Below, piece after piece: positions 11,501 through 25,280 of a stretch of DNA of 64,000 bases. Source of the DNA: Eledone cirrhosa (lineage: Eukaryota). Every line of letters begins with the position of its first letter. Position 1 is the first letter of the stretch. The translations under genes were made by a program, and so were the position numbers. The DNA lies in the NCBI GenBank assembly GCA_964016885.1, contig OZ024741.1, forward strand, positions 262,880,001 to 262,944,000. The letters are read 5' to 3'. The notes beneath the pieces were generated by a model, which worked only from the letters and a program-made list of their open reading frames with translations, had not been told where the DNA came from and searched no databases.

Positions 11501-14350
11501 GTGTTTCGGCTTACGAGTGATTCGACTTACGAGTGTTTTGACTTACGGGTGTTGTGAATTACGAGTGTTCCGATTTACGAGTGTTTTGACTTACGGTGTT
11601 TCGGCTTACGAGTGATTCGACTTACGAATGTTTTGACTTACGGGTGTTTCGGCTTGCGAGTGTTTCGACTTACGAGTGTTTCGGCTTATGAGTGTTTCGA
11701 CTTACTAATGTTTTTACTTACGAGTGTTCTGACTTACGAGTGTTCCGACTTACGAGTGTTCCGACTTACGAGTGTTTCGGCTTACGAGTGTTTCTGGCTT
11801 ACGAGTGTTTCGGCTTACGAGTGTTTCGACTTACGAGTGTTTTGACTTACGGTGTTTCGACTTACGAGTGATTCGACTTACGAGTGTTTTGACTTACGGG
11901 TGTTTTGACTTACGGGTGTTGTGAATTACGAGTGTTCCGATTTACGAGTGTTTTGACTTACGAGTGTTTTGAGTTACGAATGTTTTGACTTACGGGTGTT
12001 TCGGCTTGCTAGTGTTTCGACTTACGAGTGTTTCGGCTTATGAGTGTTTCGACTTACTACTGTTTTTACTTACGAGTGTTTCGGCGTACGAGTGTTTTGA
12101 CTTACGAGTGTTTCGACTTACGAGTGTTTCGAATTACGAGTGTTTCGGCTTACGTGAGATTCGACTTAAGAGTGTTCTGATTTACGAGTGTTCTGACTTG
12201 CGGGTGTTCTGATTTACGAGTGTTCCGACTTACGAGTGTTTCGGCTTATGAGTGTTTCGACTTACGAGTGTTTCGGCTTACGAGTGTTTCGACTTATGGT
12301 TGTTTCGACATACGAGTGTTTTGACTTACGGGTGTTTCGACTTACGAGTGTTTTGACTTACGAATGTTTTGACTTACGGGTGTTTCGGCTTACGAGTGTT
12401 TCGACTTACGAGTGTTTCGGCTTACGAGTGTTTCGACTTACTAATGTTCTTACTTACGAGTGTTTCGGCGTATGAGAGTTTTGACTTACGAGTGTTTCGA
12501 CTTACGAGTGTTTCGACTTACGAGTGTTTTGACTTACGAAAGTTTTGACTTACGGGTGTTTCGGCTTACGAGTGTTTCGACTTACGAGTCTTTCGGCTTA
12601 CGAGTGTTTCGACTTACTAATGTTTTTACTTACGAGTGTTTCGGCGTACGAGTGTTTCGACTTACGAGTGTTTCGACTTACGGGTGTTTTGACTTACGGG
12701 TGTTTCGGCTTACGAGTGTTTTGACTTACGAGTGTTTTGACTTAAGGGTGTTTCGCCTTACGAGTATTTTTGGCTTACGAGTGTTTCGACTTACGAGTGT
12801 TTTGACTTACGAGTGTTCTGATTTACGGATGTTTCGACATACGAGTGTTTCGACTTACGAGTGTTTCGACTTATGAGTGTTTCGACTTACGAGTGCTTCG
12901 GCTTACGAGTGTTTCGACTTACGAGTATTTCGTCTTAAGAGTGTTTCGACGTACGAATGTTTTGGCTTACGAGTGTTTCGGCTTACGAGTGTTTCAGTGT
13001 TTCGGCTTACGTGTGTTTCGACTTACGAGTGTTTCGACTTACGACTGTTTCGGCTTACGAGTGTTTCGACTTACGAGTGTTTCGGATTACGAATGTTTCG
13101 ACTTACGAGTGTTTCGACTTACGAGTGTTTTGACTTACGGTGTTTCGACATACGAGTGTTTTGACGTACGGGTGTTTCGACTTACGGGTCTTTCGACTTA
13201 AGAGTGTTTCGACTTACGAGCGCTTCGACTTACGAGTGTTTCGACTTACGAGTGTTTCGGCGTATGAGTGTTTTGACTTACGAGTGTTTCGACTTACGAG
13301 TGTTTCGACTTACGAGTGTTTCGAATTACGAGTGTTTCGACTTACGAGTGTTTTGACTTACGAGTGTTTTGACTTACGGTGTTTCTGCTTACGAGTGTTT
13401 CGACTTACGAGTGTTATGACTTACGGGTGTTTTCACATACGAGTGTTTCGACTTACGAGTGTTTTGACTTACGGGTGTTTTGACATACGAGTGTTTCGAT
13501 ACGAGTGTTCTGACTTACGAGTGTTCTGACTTACGAGTGTTCTGACTTACGAGTGTTTCGACATACGAGGGTTTTGACTTACGGGTGTTTCGACTTACGA
13601 GTGTTTTCACTTACGAATGTTTTGACTTACGGGTGTTTCGGCTTACGAGTGTTTCGACTTACGAGTGTTTCGGCTTACGAGTGTTTCGACTTACTAATAT
13701 TTTTACTTACGAGTGTTTCGGCGTACGAGAGTTTTGACTTACGAGTGTTTCGACTTACGAGTGTTTCGACTTACGAGTATTTTGACTTACGAATGTTTTG
13801 ACTTACGGGTGTTTCGGCTTACGAGTGTTTCGACTTACGAGTCTTTCGGCTTACGAGTGTTTCGACTTACTAATGTTTTTACTTACGTGTGTTTCGGCGT
13901 ACGAGTGTTTCGACTTCCGAGTGTTTCGACTTACGGGTGTTTTGACTTACGGGTGTTTCGGCTTACGAGTGTTTTGACTTACGAGTGTTTTGACTTAAGG
14001 GTGTTTCGACTTGCGAGTATTTTTGGCTTACGAGTGTTTCGACTTACGAGTGTTTTGACTTACGAGTGTTCTGATTTACGGATGTTTCGACATACGAGTG
14101 TTTCGACTTACGAGTGTTTCGACTTATGATTGTTTCGACTTACGAGTGTTTTGAATTACGGTGTTTCAGCTTACGAGTGTTTCGACTTACGAGTGTTTTG
14201 ACTTACGGGTGTTTTGACATACGAGTGTTTCGATACGAGTGTTCTGACTTACGAGTGTTCTGACTTACGAGTGTTCTGACTTACGAGTGTTCCGACTTAC
14301 GAGTGTTCCGACTTACGAGTGTTTCGGCTTACGAGTGTTTCCGGCTTACG
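5560..14350. repeat. Imperfect ~4.8-5.0 kb repeat (about 5.6-9.6 kb vs 10.6-14.3 kb)
   Basis: ORF-pair offsets 4989 (5810/10799), 4973 (6639/11612), 4958 (7502/12460) and 4751 (8962/13713), with internal monomer deletions. Confidence 0.75.
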
Positions 14351-17300
14351 AGTGTTTCGACTTACGAGTGTTTCGACTTACGAGTGTTTTGACTTACGGT
14401 GTTTCGACTTACGAGTGATTCGACTTACGAGTGTTTTGACTTACGGCTGTTTTGACTTACGGGTGTTGTGAATTACGAGTGTTCCGATTTACGAGTGTTT
14501 TGACTTACGGTGTTTCGGCTTACGAGTGATTCGACTTACGAATGTTTTGACTTAAGGGTGTTTCGGCTTGCTAGTGTTTCGACTTACGAGTGTTTCGGCT
14601 TATGAGTGTTTCGACTTACTACTGTTTTTACTTACGAGTGTTTCGGCGTACGAGTGTTTTGACTTACGAGTGTTTCGACTTACGAGTGTTTCGAATTACG
14701 AGTGTTTCGGCTTACGTGAGTTTCGACTTAAGAGTGTTCTGATTTACGAGTGTTCTGACTTGCGGGTGTTCTGATTTACGAGTGTTCCGACTTACGAGTG
14801 TTTCGGCTTATGAGTGTTTCGACTTACGAGTGTTTTGGCTTACGAGTGTTTCGACTTATGGGTGTTTCGACATACGAGTGTTTTGACTTACGGGTGTTTC
14901 GACTTACGAGTGTTTCGGCTTACGAGTGTTTCGACTTACTAATGTTCTTACTTACGAGTGTTTCGGCGTACGAGAGTTTTGACTTACGAGTGTTTCGACT
15001 TACGAGTGTTTCGACTTACGAGTGTTTTGACTTACGAAAGTTTTGACCTACGGGTGTTTCGGCTTACGAGTGTTTCGACTTACGAGTCTTTCGGCTTACG
15101 AGTGTTTCGGCGTACGAGTGTTTCGACTTACGAGTGTTTCGACTTACGGGTGTTTTCACTTACGGGTGTTTCGGCTTACGAGTGTTTCGGCTTATGATTG
15201 TTTCGACTTACGAGTGTTTTGACTTACGGTGTTTCAGCTTACGAGTGTTTCGACTTACGAGTGTTTTGACTTACGGGTGTTTTGACATACGAGTGTTTCG
15301 ATACGTGTGTTCTGACTTACGAGTGTTCTGACTTACGAGTGTTTTGACTTACGAGTGTTCTGACTTACGAGTGTTCCGACTTACGAGTGTTCCGACTTAC
15401 GAGTGTTTCGGCTTACGAGTGTTTCCGGCTTACCAGTGTTTCGACTTACGAGTGTTTTGACTTACGGTGTTTCGGCTTACGAGTGTTTCGACTTACTAAT
15501 GTTTTTACTTACGAGTGTTTCGGCGTACGAGAGTTTTGACTTACGAGTGTTTCGACTTACGAGTGTTTTGACTTACGAATGTTTTGACTTACGGGTGTTT
15601 CGGCTTATGAGTGTTTCGACTTACGAGTCTTTCGGCTTACGAGTGTTTCGACTTACTAATGTTTTTACTTACGAGTGTTTCGGCGTACGACTGTTTCGAC
15701 TTACGAGTGTTTCGACTTACGGGTGTTTTGACTTACGGGTGTTTCGGCTTACGAGTGTTTCGACTTACGAGTGTTTTGACTTACGAGTGTTCTGATTTAC
15801 GGATGTTTCGACATACGAGTGTTTCGACTTACGAGTGTTTCGACTTATGAGTGTTTCGACTTACGAGTGTTTCGGCTTACGAGTGTTTCGACTTACGAGT
15901 GTCTTGACTTACGGTGTTTCGGCTTACGAGTGATTCGACTTACGAGTGTTTTGACTTACGGGTGATTTGACTTACGGGTGTTGTGAATTACGAGTGTTCC
16001 GATTTACGAGTGTTTTGACTTACGATGTTTCGGCTTACGAGTGATTCGACTTACGAATGTTTTGACTTACGGGTGTTTCGGCTTGCGAGTGTTTCGACTT
16101 ACGAGTGTTTCGGCTTATGGGTGTTTCGACTTACTAATGTTTTTACTTACGAGTGTTTCGGCGTACGAGTGTTTTGACTTGCGAGTGTTTCGACTTACGT
16201 GTGTTTCGACTTACGAGTGTTTCGGCTTACGTGAGTTTCGACTTGAGAGTGTTCTGATTTACGAGTGTTCTGACTTGCGGGTGTTCTGATTTACGAGTGA
16301 TCCGACTTACGAGTGTTTCGGCTTATTAGTGTTTCGACTTACGAGTGTTTCGGCTTACGAGTGTTTCGACTTATGGGTGTTTCGACTTACGAATGTTTTG
16401 ACTTACGGGTGTTTCGGCTTACGAGTGTTTCGACTTACGAGTGTTTCGGCTTACGAGTGTTTCGACTTACTAATGTTCTTACTTACGAGTGTTTCGGCGT
16501 ACGAGAGTTTTGACTTACGAGTGTTTCGACTTACGAGTGTTTCGACATACGAGTGTTTCGACTTACGAGTGTTTCGACTTATGAGTGTTTCGACTTACGA
16601 GTGTTTCGGCTTATGAGTGTTTCGACTTACGAGTGCTTCGGCTTACGAGTGTTTCGACTTACGAGTATTTCGGCTTAAGAGTGTTTCGACGTACGAATGT
16701 TTTGGCTTACGAGTGTTTCGGCTTATGAGTGTTTCGGCTTACGAGTGTTTCGACTTACGAGTGTTTCGGCTTACGAGTGTTTCAGTGTTTCGGCTTACGT
16801 GTGTTTTGACTTACGAGTGTTTCGACTTACGACTGTTTCGGCTTACGAGTGTTTCGGCTTACGAGTGTTTCGGCTTACGAGTGTTTTGACTTACGATTGT
16901 TTGGCTTACGAGTGTTCTGACTTACGGGTGTTCTGACTTACGAGTGTTCCGACTTACGAGTGTTTCGGCTTATGAGGGTTTCGACTTACGAGTGCTTCGG
17001 CTTACGAGTGTTTCGACTTACGAGTGTTTCGGATTACGAGTGTTTCGACTTACGAGTGTTTCGACTTACGAGTGTTTTGACTTACGGTGTTTCGGTTTAC
17101 GAATGTTTCGACATACGAGTGTTTTGACGTACGGGTGTTTCGACTTACGGGTCTTTCGACTTAAGAGTGTTTCGACTTACGAGCGCTTCGACTTACGAGT
17201 GTTTCGACTTACGAGTGTTTCGGCGTATGAGTGTTTTGACTTACGAGTGTTTCGACTTACGAGTGTTTCGACTTACGAGTGTTTCGAATTACGAGTGTTT

Positions 17301-20300
17301 CGACTTACGAGTGTTTTGACTTACGAGTGTTTTGACTTACGGTGTTTCTGCTTACGAGTGTTTCGACTTACGAGTGTTATGACTTACGGGTGTTTTCACA
17401 TACGAGTGTTTCGACTTACGAGTGTTTTGACTTACGGGTGTTTTGACATACGAGTGTTTCGATACGAGTGTTCTGACTTACGAGTGTTCTGACTTACGAG
17501 TGTTTCGACATACGAGGGTTTTGACTTACGGGTGTTTCGACTTACGAGTGTTTTCACTTACGAATGTTTTGACTTACGGGTGTTTCGGCTTACGAGTGTT
17601 TCGACTTACTAATATTTTTACTTACGAGTGTTTCGGCGTACGAGAGTTTTGACTTACGAGTGTTTCGACTTACGAGTGTTTCGACTTACGAGTATTTTTA
17701 CTTACGAATGTTTTGACTTACGGGTGTTTCGGCTTACGAGTGTTTCGACTTACGAGTCTTTCGGCTTACGAGTGTTTCGACTTACTAATGTTTTTACTTA
17801 CGAGTGTTTCGGCGTACGAGTGTTTCGACTTCCGAGTGTTTCGACTTACGGGTGTTTTGACTTACGGGTGTTTCGGCTTACGAGTGTTTTGACTTACGAG
17901 TGTTTTGACTTAAGGGTGTTTCGACTGACGAGTATTTTTGGCTTACGAGTGTTTCGACTTACGAGTGTTTTGACTTACGAGTGTTCTGATTTACGGATGT
18001 TTCGACATACGAGTGTTTCGACTTACGAGTGTTTCGACTTATGAGTGTTTCGACTTACGAGTGTTTCGGATTACGAGTGTTTCGACTTACGAGTGTTTCG
18101 ACTTACGAGTGTTTTGACTCACGGTGTTTCGGTTTACGAGTGTTTCGACATACGAGTGTTTTGACGTACGGGTGTTTCGACTTACGGGTCTTTCGACTTA
18201 AGAGTGTTTCGACTTACGAGCGCTTCGACTTACGAGTGTGTCGACTTACGAGTGTTTCGGCGTATGAGTGTTTTGACTTACGAGTGTTTCGACTTACGAG
18301 TGTTTCGACTTACGAGTGTTTCGAATTACGAGTGTTTCGACTTACGAGTGTTTTGACTTACGGTGTTTCGACTTACGAGTGATTCGACTTACGAGTGTTT
18401 TGACTTACGGGTGTTTTGACTTACGGGTGTTGTGAATTACGAGTGTTCCGATTTACGAGTGTTTTGACTTACGGTGTTTCGGCTTACGAGTGATTCGACT
18501 TACGAATGTTTTGACTTACGGGTGTTTCGGCTTGCTAGTGTTTCGACTTACGAGTGTTTCGGCTTATGAGTGTTTCGACTTACTACTGTTTTTACTTACG
18601 AGTGTTTCGGCGTACGAGTGTTTTGACTTACGAGTGTTTCGACTTACGAGTGTTTCGAATTACGAGTGTTTCGGCTTACGTGAGATTCGACTTAAGAGTG
18701 TTCTGATTTACGAGTGTTCTGACTTGCGGGTGTTCTGATTTACGAGTGTTCCGACTTACGAGTGTTTCGGCTTATGAGTGTTTCGACTTACGAGTGTTTC
18801 GGCTTACGAGTGTTTCGACTTATGGGTGTTTCGACATACGAGTGTTTTGACTTACGGGTGTTTCGACTTACGAGTGTTTTGACTTACGAATGTTTTGACT
18901 TACGGGTGTTTCGGCTTACGAGTGTTTCGACTTACGAGTGTTTCGGCTTACGAGTGTTTCGACTTACTAATGTTCTTACTTACGAGTGTTTCGGCGTACG
19001 AGAGTTTTGACTTACGAGTGTTTCGACTTACGAGTGTTTCGACTTACGAGTGTTTTGACTTACGAAAGTTTTGACTTACGGGTGTTTCGGCTTACGAGTG
19101 TTTCGACTTACGAGTCTTTCGGCTTACGAGTGTTTCGACTTACTAATGTTTTTACTTACGAGTGTTTCGGCGTACGAGTGTTTCGACTTACGAGTGTTTC
19201 GACTTACGGGTGTTTTGACTTACGGGTGTTTCGGCTTACGAGTGTTTTGACTTACGAGTGTTTTGACTTAAGGGTGTTTCGACTTACGAGTATTTTTGGC
19301 TTACGAGTGTTTCGACTTACGAGTGTTTTGACTTACGAGTGTTCTGATTTACGGATGTTTCGACATACGAGTGTTTCGACTTACGAGTGTTTCGACTTAT
19401 GAGTGTTTCGACTTACGAGTGCTTCGGCTTACGAGTGTTTCGACTTACGAGTATTTCGTCTTAAGAGTGTTTCGACGTACGAATGTTTTGGCTTACGAGT
19501 GTTTCGGCTTATGAGTGTTTCGGCTTACGAGTGTTTCGACTTACGAGTGTTTCGGCTTACGAGTGTTTCAGTGTTTCGGCTTACGTGTGTTTCGACTTAC
19601 GAGTGTTTCGACTTACGACTGTTTCGGCTTACGAGTGTTTCGGCTTACGAGTGCTTCGGCTTACGAGTGTTTTGACTTACGAGTGTTTTGACTTACGATT
19701 GTTTGGCTTACGAGTGTTCTGACTTACGGGTGTTCTGACTTACGAGTGTTCCGACTTACGAGTGTTTCGGCTTATGAGGGTTTCGACTAACGAGTGCTTC
19801 GGCTTACGAGTGTTTCGACTTACGAGTGTTTCGGATTACGAATGTTTCGACTTACGAGTGTTTCGACTTACGAGTGTTTTGACTTACGGTGTTTCGGCTT
19901 ACGAGTGTTTCGACATACGAGTGTTTTGACGTACGGGTGTTTCGACTTACGGGTCTTTCGACTTAAGAGTGTTTCGACTTACGAGCGCTTCGACTTACGA
20001 GTGTTTCGACGTACGAGTGTTTCGGCGTATGAGTGTTTTGACTTACGGTGTTTCTGCTTACGAGTGTTTCGACTTACGAGTGTTATGACTTACGGGTGTT
20101 TTCACATACGAGTGTTTCGACTTACGAGTGTTTTGACTTACGGGTGTTTTGACATACGAGTGTTTCGATACGAGTGTTCTGACTTACGAGTGTTCTGACT
20201 TACGAGTGTTTCGACATACGAGGGTTTTGACTTACGGGTGTTTCGACTTACGAGTGTTTTCACTTACGAATGTTTTGACTTACGGGTGTTTCGGCTTACG

Positions 20301-23300
20301 AGTGTTTCGACTTACGAGTGTTTCGGCTTACGAGTGTTTCGACTTACTAATATTTTTACTTACGAGTGTTTCGGCGTACGAGAGTTTTGACTTACGAGTG
20401 TTTCGACTTACGAGTGTTTCGACTTACGAGTATTTTGACTTACGAATGTTTTGACTTACGGGTGTTTCGGCTTACGAGTGTTTCGACTTACGAGTCTTTC
20501 GGCTTACGAGTGTTTCGACTTACTAATGTTTTTACTTACGTGTGTTTCGGCGTACGAGTGTTTCGACTTCCGAGTGTTTCGACTTACGGGTGTTTTGACT
20601 TACGGGTGTTTCGGCTTACGAGTGTTTTGACTTACGAGTGTTTTGACTTAAGGGTGTTTCGACTTGCGAGTATTTTTGGCTTACGAGTGTTTCGACTTAC
20701 GAGTGTTTTGACTTACGAGTGTTCTGATTTACGGATGTTTCGACATACGAGTGTTTCGACTTACGAGTGTTTCGACTTATGATTGTTTCGACTTACGAGT
20801 GTTTTGACTTACGGTGTTTCAGCTTACGAGTGTTTCGACTTACGAGTGTTTTGACTTACGGGTGTTTTGACATACGAGTGTTTCGATACGAGTGTTCTGA
20901 CTTACGAGTGTTCTGACTTACGAGTGTTCTGACTTACGAGTGTTCCGACTTACGAGTGTTCCGACTTACGAGTGTTTCGGCTTACGAGTGTTTCCGGCTT
21001 ACGAGTGTTTCGACTTACGAGTGTTTCGACTTACGAGTGTTTTGACTTACGGTGTTTCGACTTACGAGTGATTCGACTTACGAGTGTTTTGACTTACGGG
21101 TGTTGTGAATTACGAGTGTTCCGATTTACGAGTGTTTTGACTTACGGTGTTTCGGCTTACGAGTGATTCGACTTACGAATGTTTTGACTTAAGGGTGTTT
21201 CGGCTTGCTAGTGTTTCGACTTACGAGTGTTTCGGCTTATGAGTGTTTCGACTTACTACTGTTTTTACTTACGAGTGTTTCGGCGTACGAGTGTTTTGAC
21301 TTACGAGTGTTTCGACTTACGAGTGTTTCGAATTACGAGTGTTTCGGCTTACGTGAGTTTCGACTTAAGAGTGTTCTGATTTACGAGTGTTCTGACTTGC
21401 GGGTGTTCTGATTTACGAGTGTTCCGACTTACGAGTGTTTCGGCTTATGAGTGTTTCGACATACGAGTGTTTTGACTTACGGGTGTTTCGACTTACGAGT
21501 GTTTCGGCTTACGAGTGTTTCGACTTACTAATGTTCTTACTTACGAGTGTTTCGGCGTACGAGAGTTTTGACTTACGAGTGTTTCGACTTACGAGTGTTT
21601 CGACTTACGAGTGTTTTGACTTACGAAAGTTTTGACCTACGGGTGTTTCGGCTTACGAGTGTTTCGACTTACGAGTCTTTCGGCTTACGAGTGTTTCGGC
21701 GTACGAGTGTTTCGACTTACGAGTGTTTCGACTTACGGGTGTTTTCACTTACGGGTGTTTCGGCTTACGAGTGTTTCGGCTTATGATTGTTTCGACTTAC
21801 GAGTGTTTTGACTTACGGTGTTTCAGCTTACGAGTGTTTCTACTTACGAGTGTTTTGACTTACGGGTGTTTTGACATACGAGTGTTTCGATACGTGTGTT
21901 CTGACTTACGAGTGTTCTGACTTACGAGTGTTTTGACTTACGAGTGTTCTGACTTACGAGTGTTCCGACTTACGAGTGTTCCGACTTACGAGTGTTTCGG
22001 CTTACGAGTGTTTCCGGCTTACCAGTGTTTCGACTTACGAGTGTTTTGACTTACGGTGTTTCGGCTTACGAGTGTTTCGACTTACTAATGTTTTTACTTA
22101 CGAGTGTTTCGGCGTACGAGAGTTTTGACTTACGAGTGTTTCGACTTACGAGTGTTTTGACTTACGAATGTTTTGACTTACGGGTGTTTCGGCTTATGAG
22201 TGTTTCGACTTACGAGTCTTTCGGCTTACGAGTGTTTCGACTTACTAATGTTTTTACTTACGAGTGTTTCGGCGTACGACTGTTTCGACTTACGAGTGTT
22301 TCGACTTACGGGTGTTTTGACTTACGGGTGTTTCGGCTTACGAGTGTTTCGACTTACGAGTGTTTTGACTTACGAGTGTTCTGATTTACGGATGTTTCGA
22401 CATACGAGTGTTTCGACTTACGAGTGTTTCGACTTATGAGTGTTTCGACTTACGAGTGTTTCGGCTTACGAGTGTTTCGACTTACGAGTGTCTTGACTTA
22501 CGGTGTTTCGGCTTACGAGTGATTCGACTTACGAGTGTTTTGACTTACGGGTGATTTGACTTACGGGTGTTGTGAATTACGAGTGTTCCGATTTACGAGT
22601 GTTTTGACTTACGATGTTTCGGCTTACGAGTGATTCGACTTACGAATGTTTTGACTTACGGGTGTTTCGGCTTGCGAGTGTTTCGACTTACGAGTGTTTC
22701 GGCTTATGGGTGTTTCGACTTACTAATGTTTTTACTTACGAGTGTTTCGGCGTACGAGTGTTTTGACTTGCGAGTGTTTCGACTTACGGGTGTTTCGACT
22801 TACGAGTGTTTCGGCTTACGTGAGTTTCGACTTAAGAGTGTTCTGATTTACGAGTGTTCTGACTTGCGGGTGTTCTGATTTACGAGTGTTCCGACTTACG
22901 AGTGTTTCGGCTTATTAGTGTTTCGACTTACGAGTGTTTCGGCTTACGAGTGTTTCGACTTATGGGTGTTTCGACTTACGAATGTTTTGACTTACGGGTG
23001 TTTCGGCTTACGAGTGTTTCGACTTACGAGTGTTTCGGCTTACGAGTGTTTCGACTTACTAATGTTCTTACGAGTGTTTCGGCGTACGAGAGTTTTGACT
23101 TACGAGTGTTTCGACTTACGAGTGTTTCGACTTACGAGTGTTTTGACTTACGAATGTTTTGACTTACGGGTGTTTCGGCTTACGAGTGTTTCGACTTACG
23201 AGTCTTTCGGCTTACGAGTGTTTCGACTTACTAATGTTTTTACTTACGAGTGTTTCGGCGTACGAGTGTTTCGACTTACGAGTGTTTCGACTTACGGGTG

Positions 23301-25280
23301 TTTTGACTTACGGGTGTTTCGGCTTACGAGTGTTTTGACTTACGAGTGTTTTGACTTAAGGGTGTTTCGACTTACGAGTATTTCTGGCTTACGAGTGTTT
23401 CGAATTACGAGTGTTTTGACTTACGAGTGTTCTGATTTACGGATGTTTCGACATACGAGTGTTTCGACTTACGAGTGTTTCGACTTATGAGTGTTTCGAC
23501 TTACGAATGTTTCGGCTTATGAGTGTTTCGACTTACGAGTGCTTCGGCTTACGAGTGTTTCGACTTACGAGTATTTCGGCTTAAGAGTGTTTCGACGTAC
23601 GAATGTTTTGGCTTACGAGTGTTTCGGCTTATGAGTGTTTCGGCTTACGAGTGTTTCGACTTACGAGTGTTTCGGCTTACGAGTGTTTCAGTGTTTCGGC
23701 TTACGTGTGTTTTGACTTACGAGTGTTTCGACTTACGACTGTTTCGGCTTACGAGTGTTTCGGCTTACGAGTGTTTCGGCTTACGAGTGTTTTGACTTAC
23801 GAGTGTTTTGACTTACGATTGTTTGGCTTACGAGTGTTCTGACTTACGGGTGTTCTGACTTACGAGTGTTTCGGCTTATGAGGGTTTCGACTTACGAGTG
23901 CTTCGGCTTACGAGTGTTTCGACTTACGAGTGTTTCGGATTACGAGTGTTTCGACTTACGAGTGTTTCGACTTACGAGTGTTTTGACTTACGGTGTTTCG
24001 GTTTACGAGTGTTTCGACATACGAGTGTTTTGACGTACGGGTGTTTCGACTTACGGGTCTTTCGACTTAAGAGTGTTTCGACTTACGAGCGCTTCGACTT
24101 ACGAGTGTTTCGACTTACGAGTGTTTCGGCGTATGAGTGTTTTGACTTACGAGTGTTTCGACTTACGAGTGTTTCGACTTACGAGTGTTTCGAATTACGA
24201 GTGTTTCGACTTACGAGTGTTTTGACTTACGAGTGTTTTGACTTACGGTGTTTCTGCTTACGAGTGTTTCGACTTACGAGTGTTATGACTTACGGGTGTT
24301 TTCACATACGAGTGTTTCGACTTACGAGTGTTTTGACTTACGGGTGTTTTGACATACGAGTGTTTCGATACGAGTGTTCTGACTTACGAGTGTTCTGACT
24401 TACGAGTGTTCTGACTTACGAGTGTTTCGACATACGAGGGTTTTGACTTACGGGTGTTTCGACTTACGAGTGTTTTCACTTACGAATGTTTTGACTTACG
24501 GGTGTTTCGGCTTACGAGTGTTTCGACTTACTAATATTTTTACTTACGAGTGTTTCGGCGTACGAGAGTTTTGACTTACGAGTGTTTCGACTTACGAGTG
24601 TTTCGACTTACGAGTATTTTTACTTACGAATGTTTTGACTTACGGGTGTTTCGGCTTACGAGTGTTTCGACTTACGAGTCTTTCGGCTTACGAGTGTTTC
24701 GACTTACTAATGTTTTTACTTACGAGTGTTTCGGCGTACGAGTGTTTCGACTTCCGAGTGTTTCGACTTACGGGTGTTTTGACTTACGGGTGTTTCGGCT
24801 TACGAGTGTTTTGACTTACAAGTGTTTTGACTTAAGGGTGTTTCGACTGACGAGTATTTTTGGCTTACGAGTGTTTCGACTTACGAGTGTTTTGACTTAC
24901 GAGTGTTCTGATTTACGGATGTTTCGACATACGAGTGTTTCGACTTACGAGTGTTTCGACTTATGAGTGTTTCGACTTACGAGTGTTTCGGATTACGAGT
25001 GTTTCGACTTACGAGTGTTTCGACTTACGAGTGTTTTGACTTACGGTGTTTCGGTTTACGAGTGTTTCGACATACGAGTGTTTTGACGTACGGGTGTTTC
25101 GACTTACGGGTCTTTCGACTTAAGAGTGTTTCGACTTACGAGCGCTTCGACTTACGAGTGTTTCGACTTACGAGTGTTTCGGCGTATGAGTGTTTTGACT
25201 TACGAGTGTTTCGACTTACGAGTGTTTCGACTTACGAGTGTTTCGAATTACGAGTGTTTCGACTAAACGAGTGTTTTGAC
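13400..25280. repeat. Imperfect ~6.6-6.9 kb repeat (about 13.4-18.35 kb vs 20.05-25.3 kb)
   Basis: Offsets 6653 (13713/20366), 6589 (15403/21992, 16041/22630) and 6922 (17628/24550). Shared private variants include GACCTACGG and TTGCGAGTAT. Confidence 0.78.
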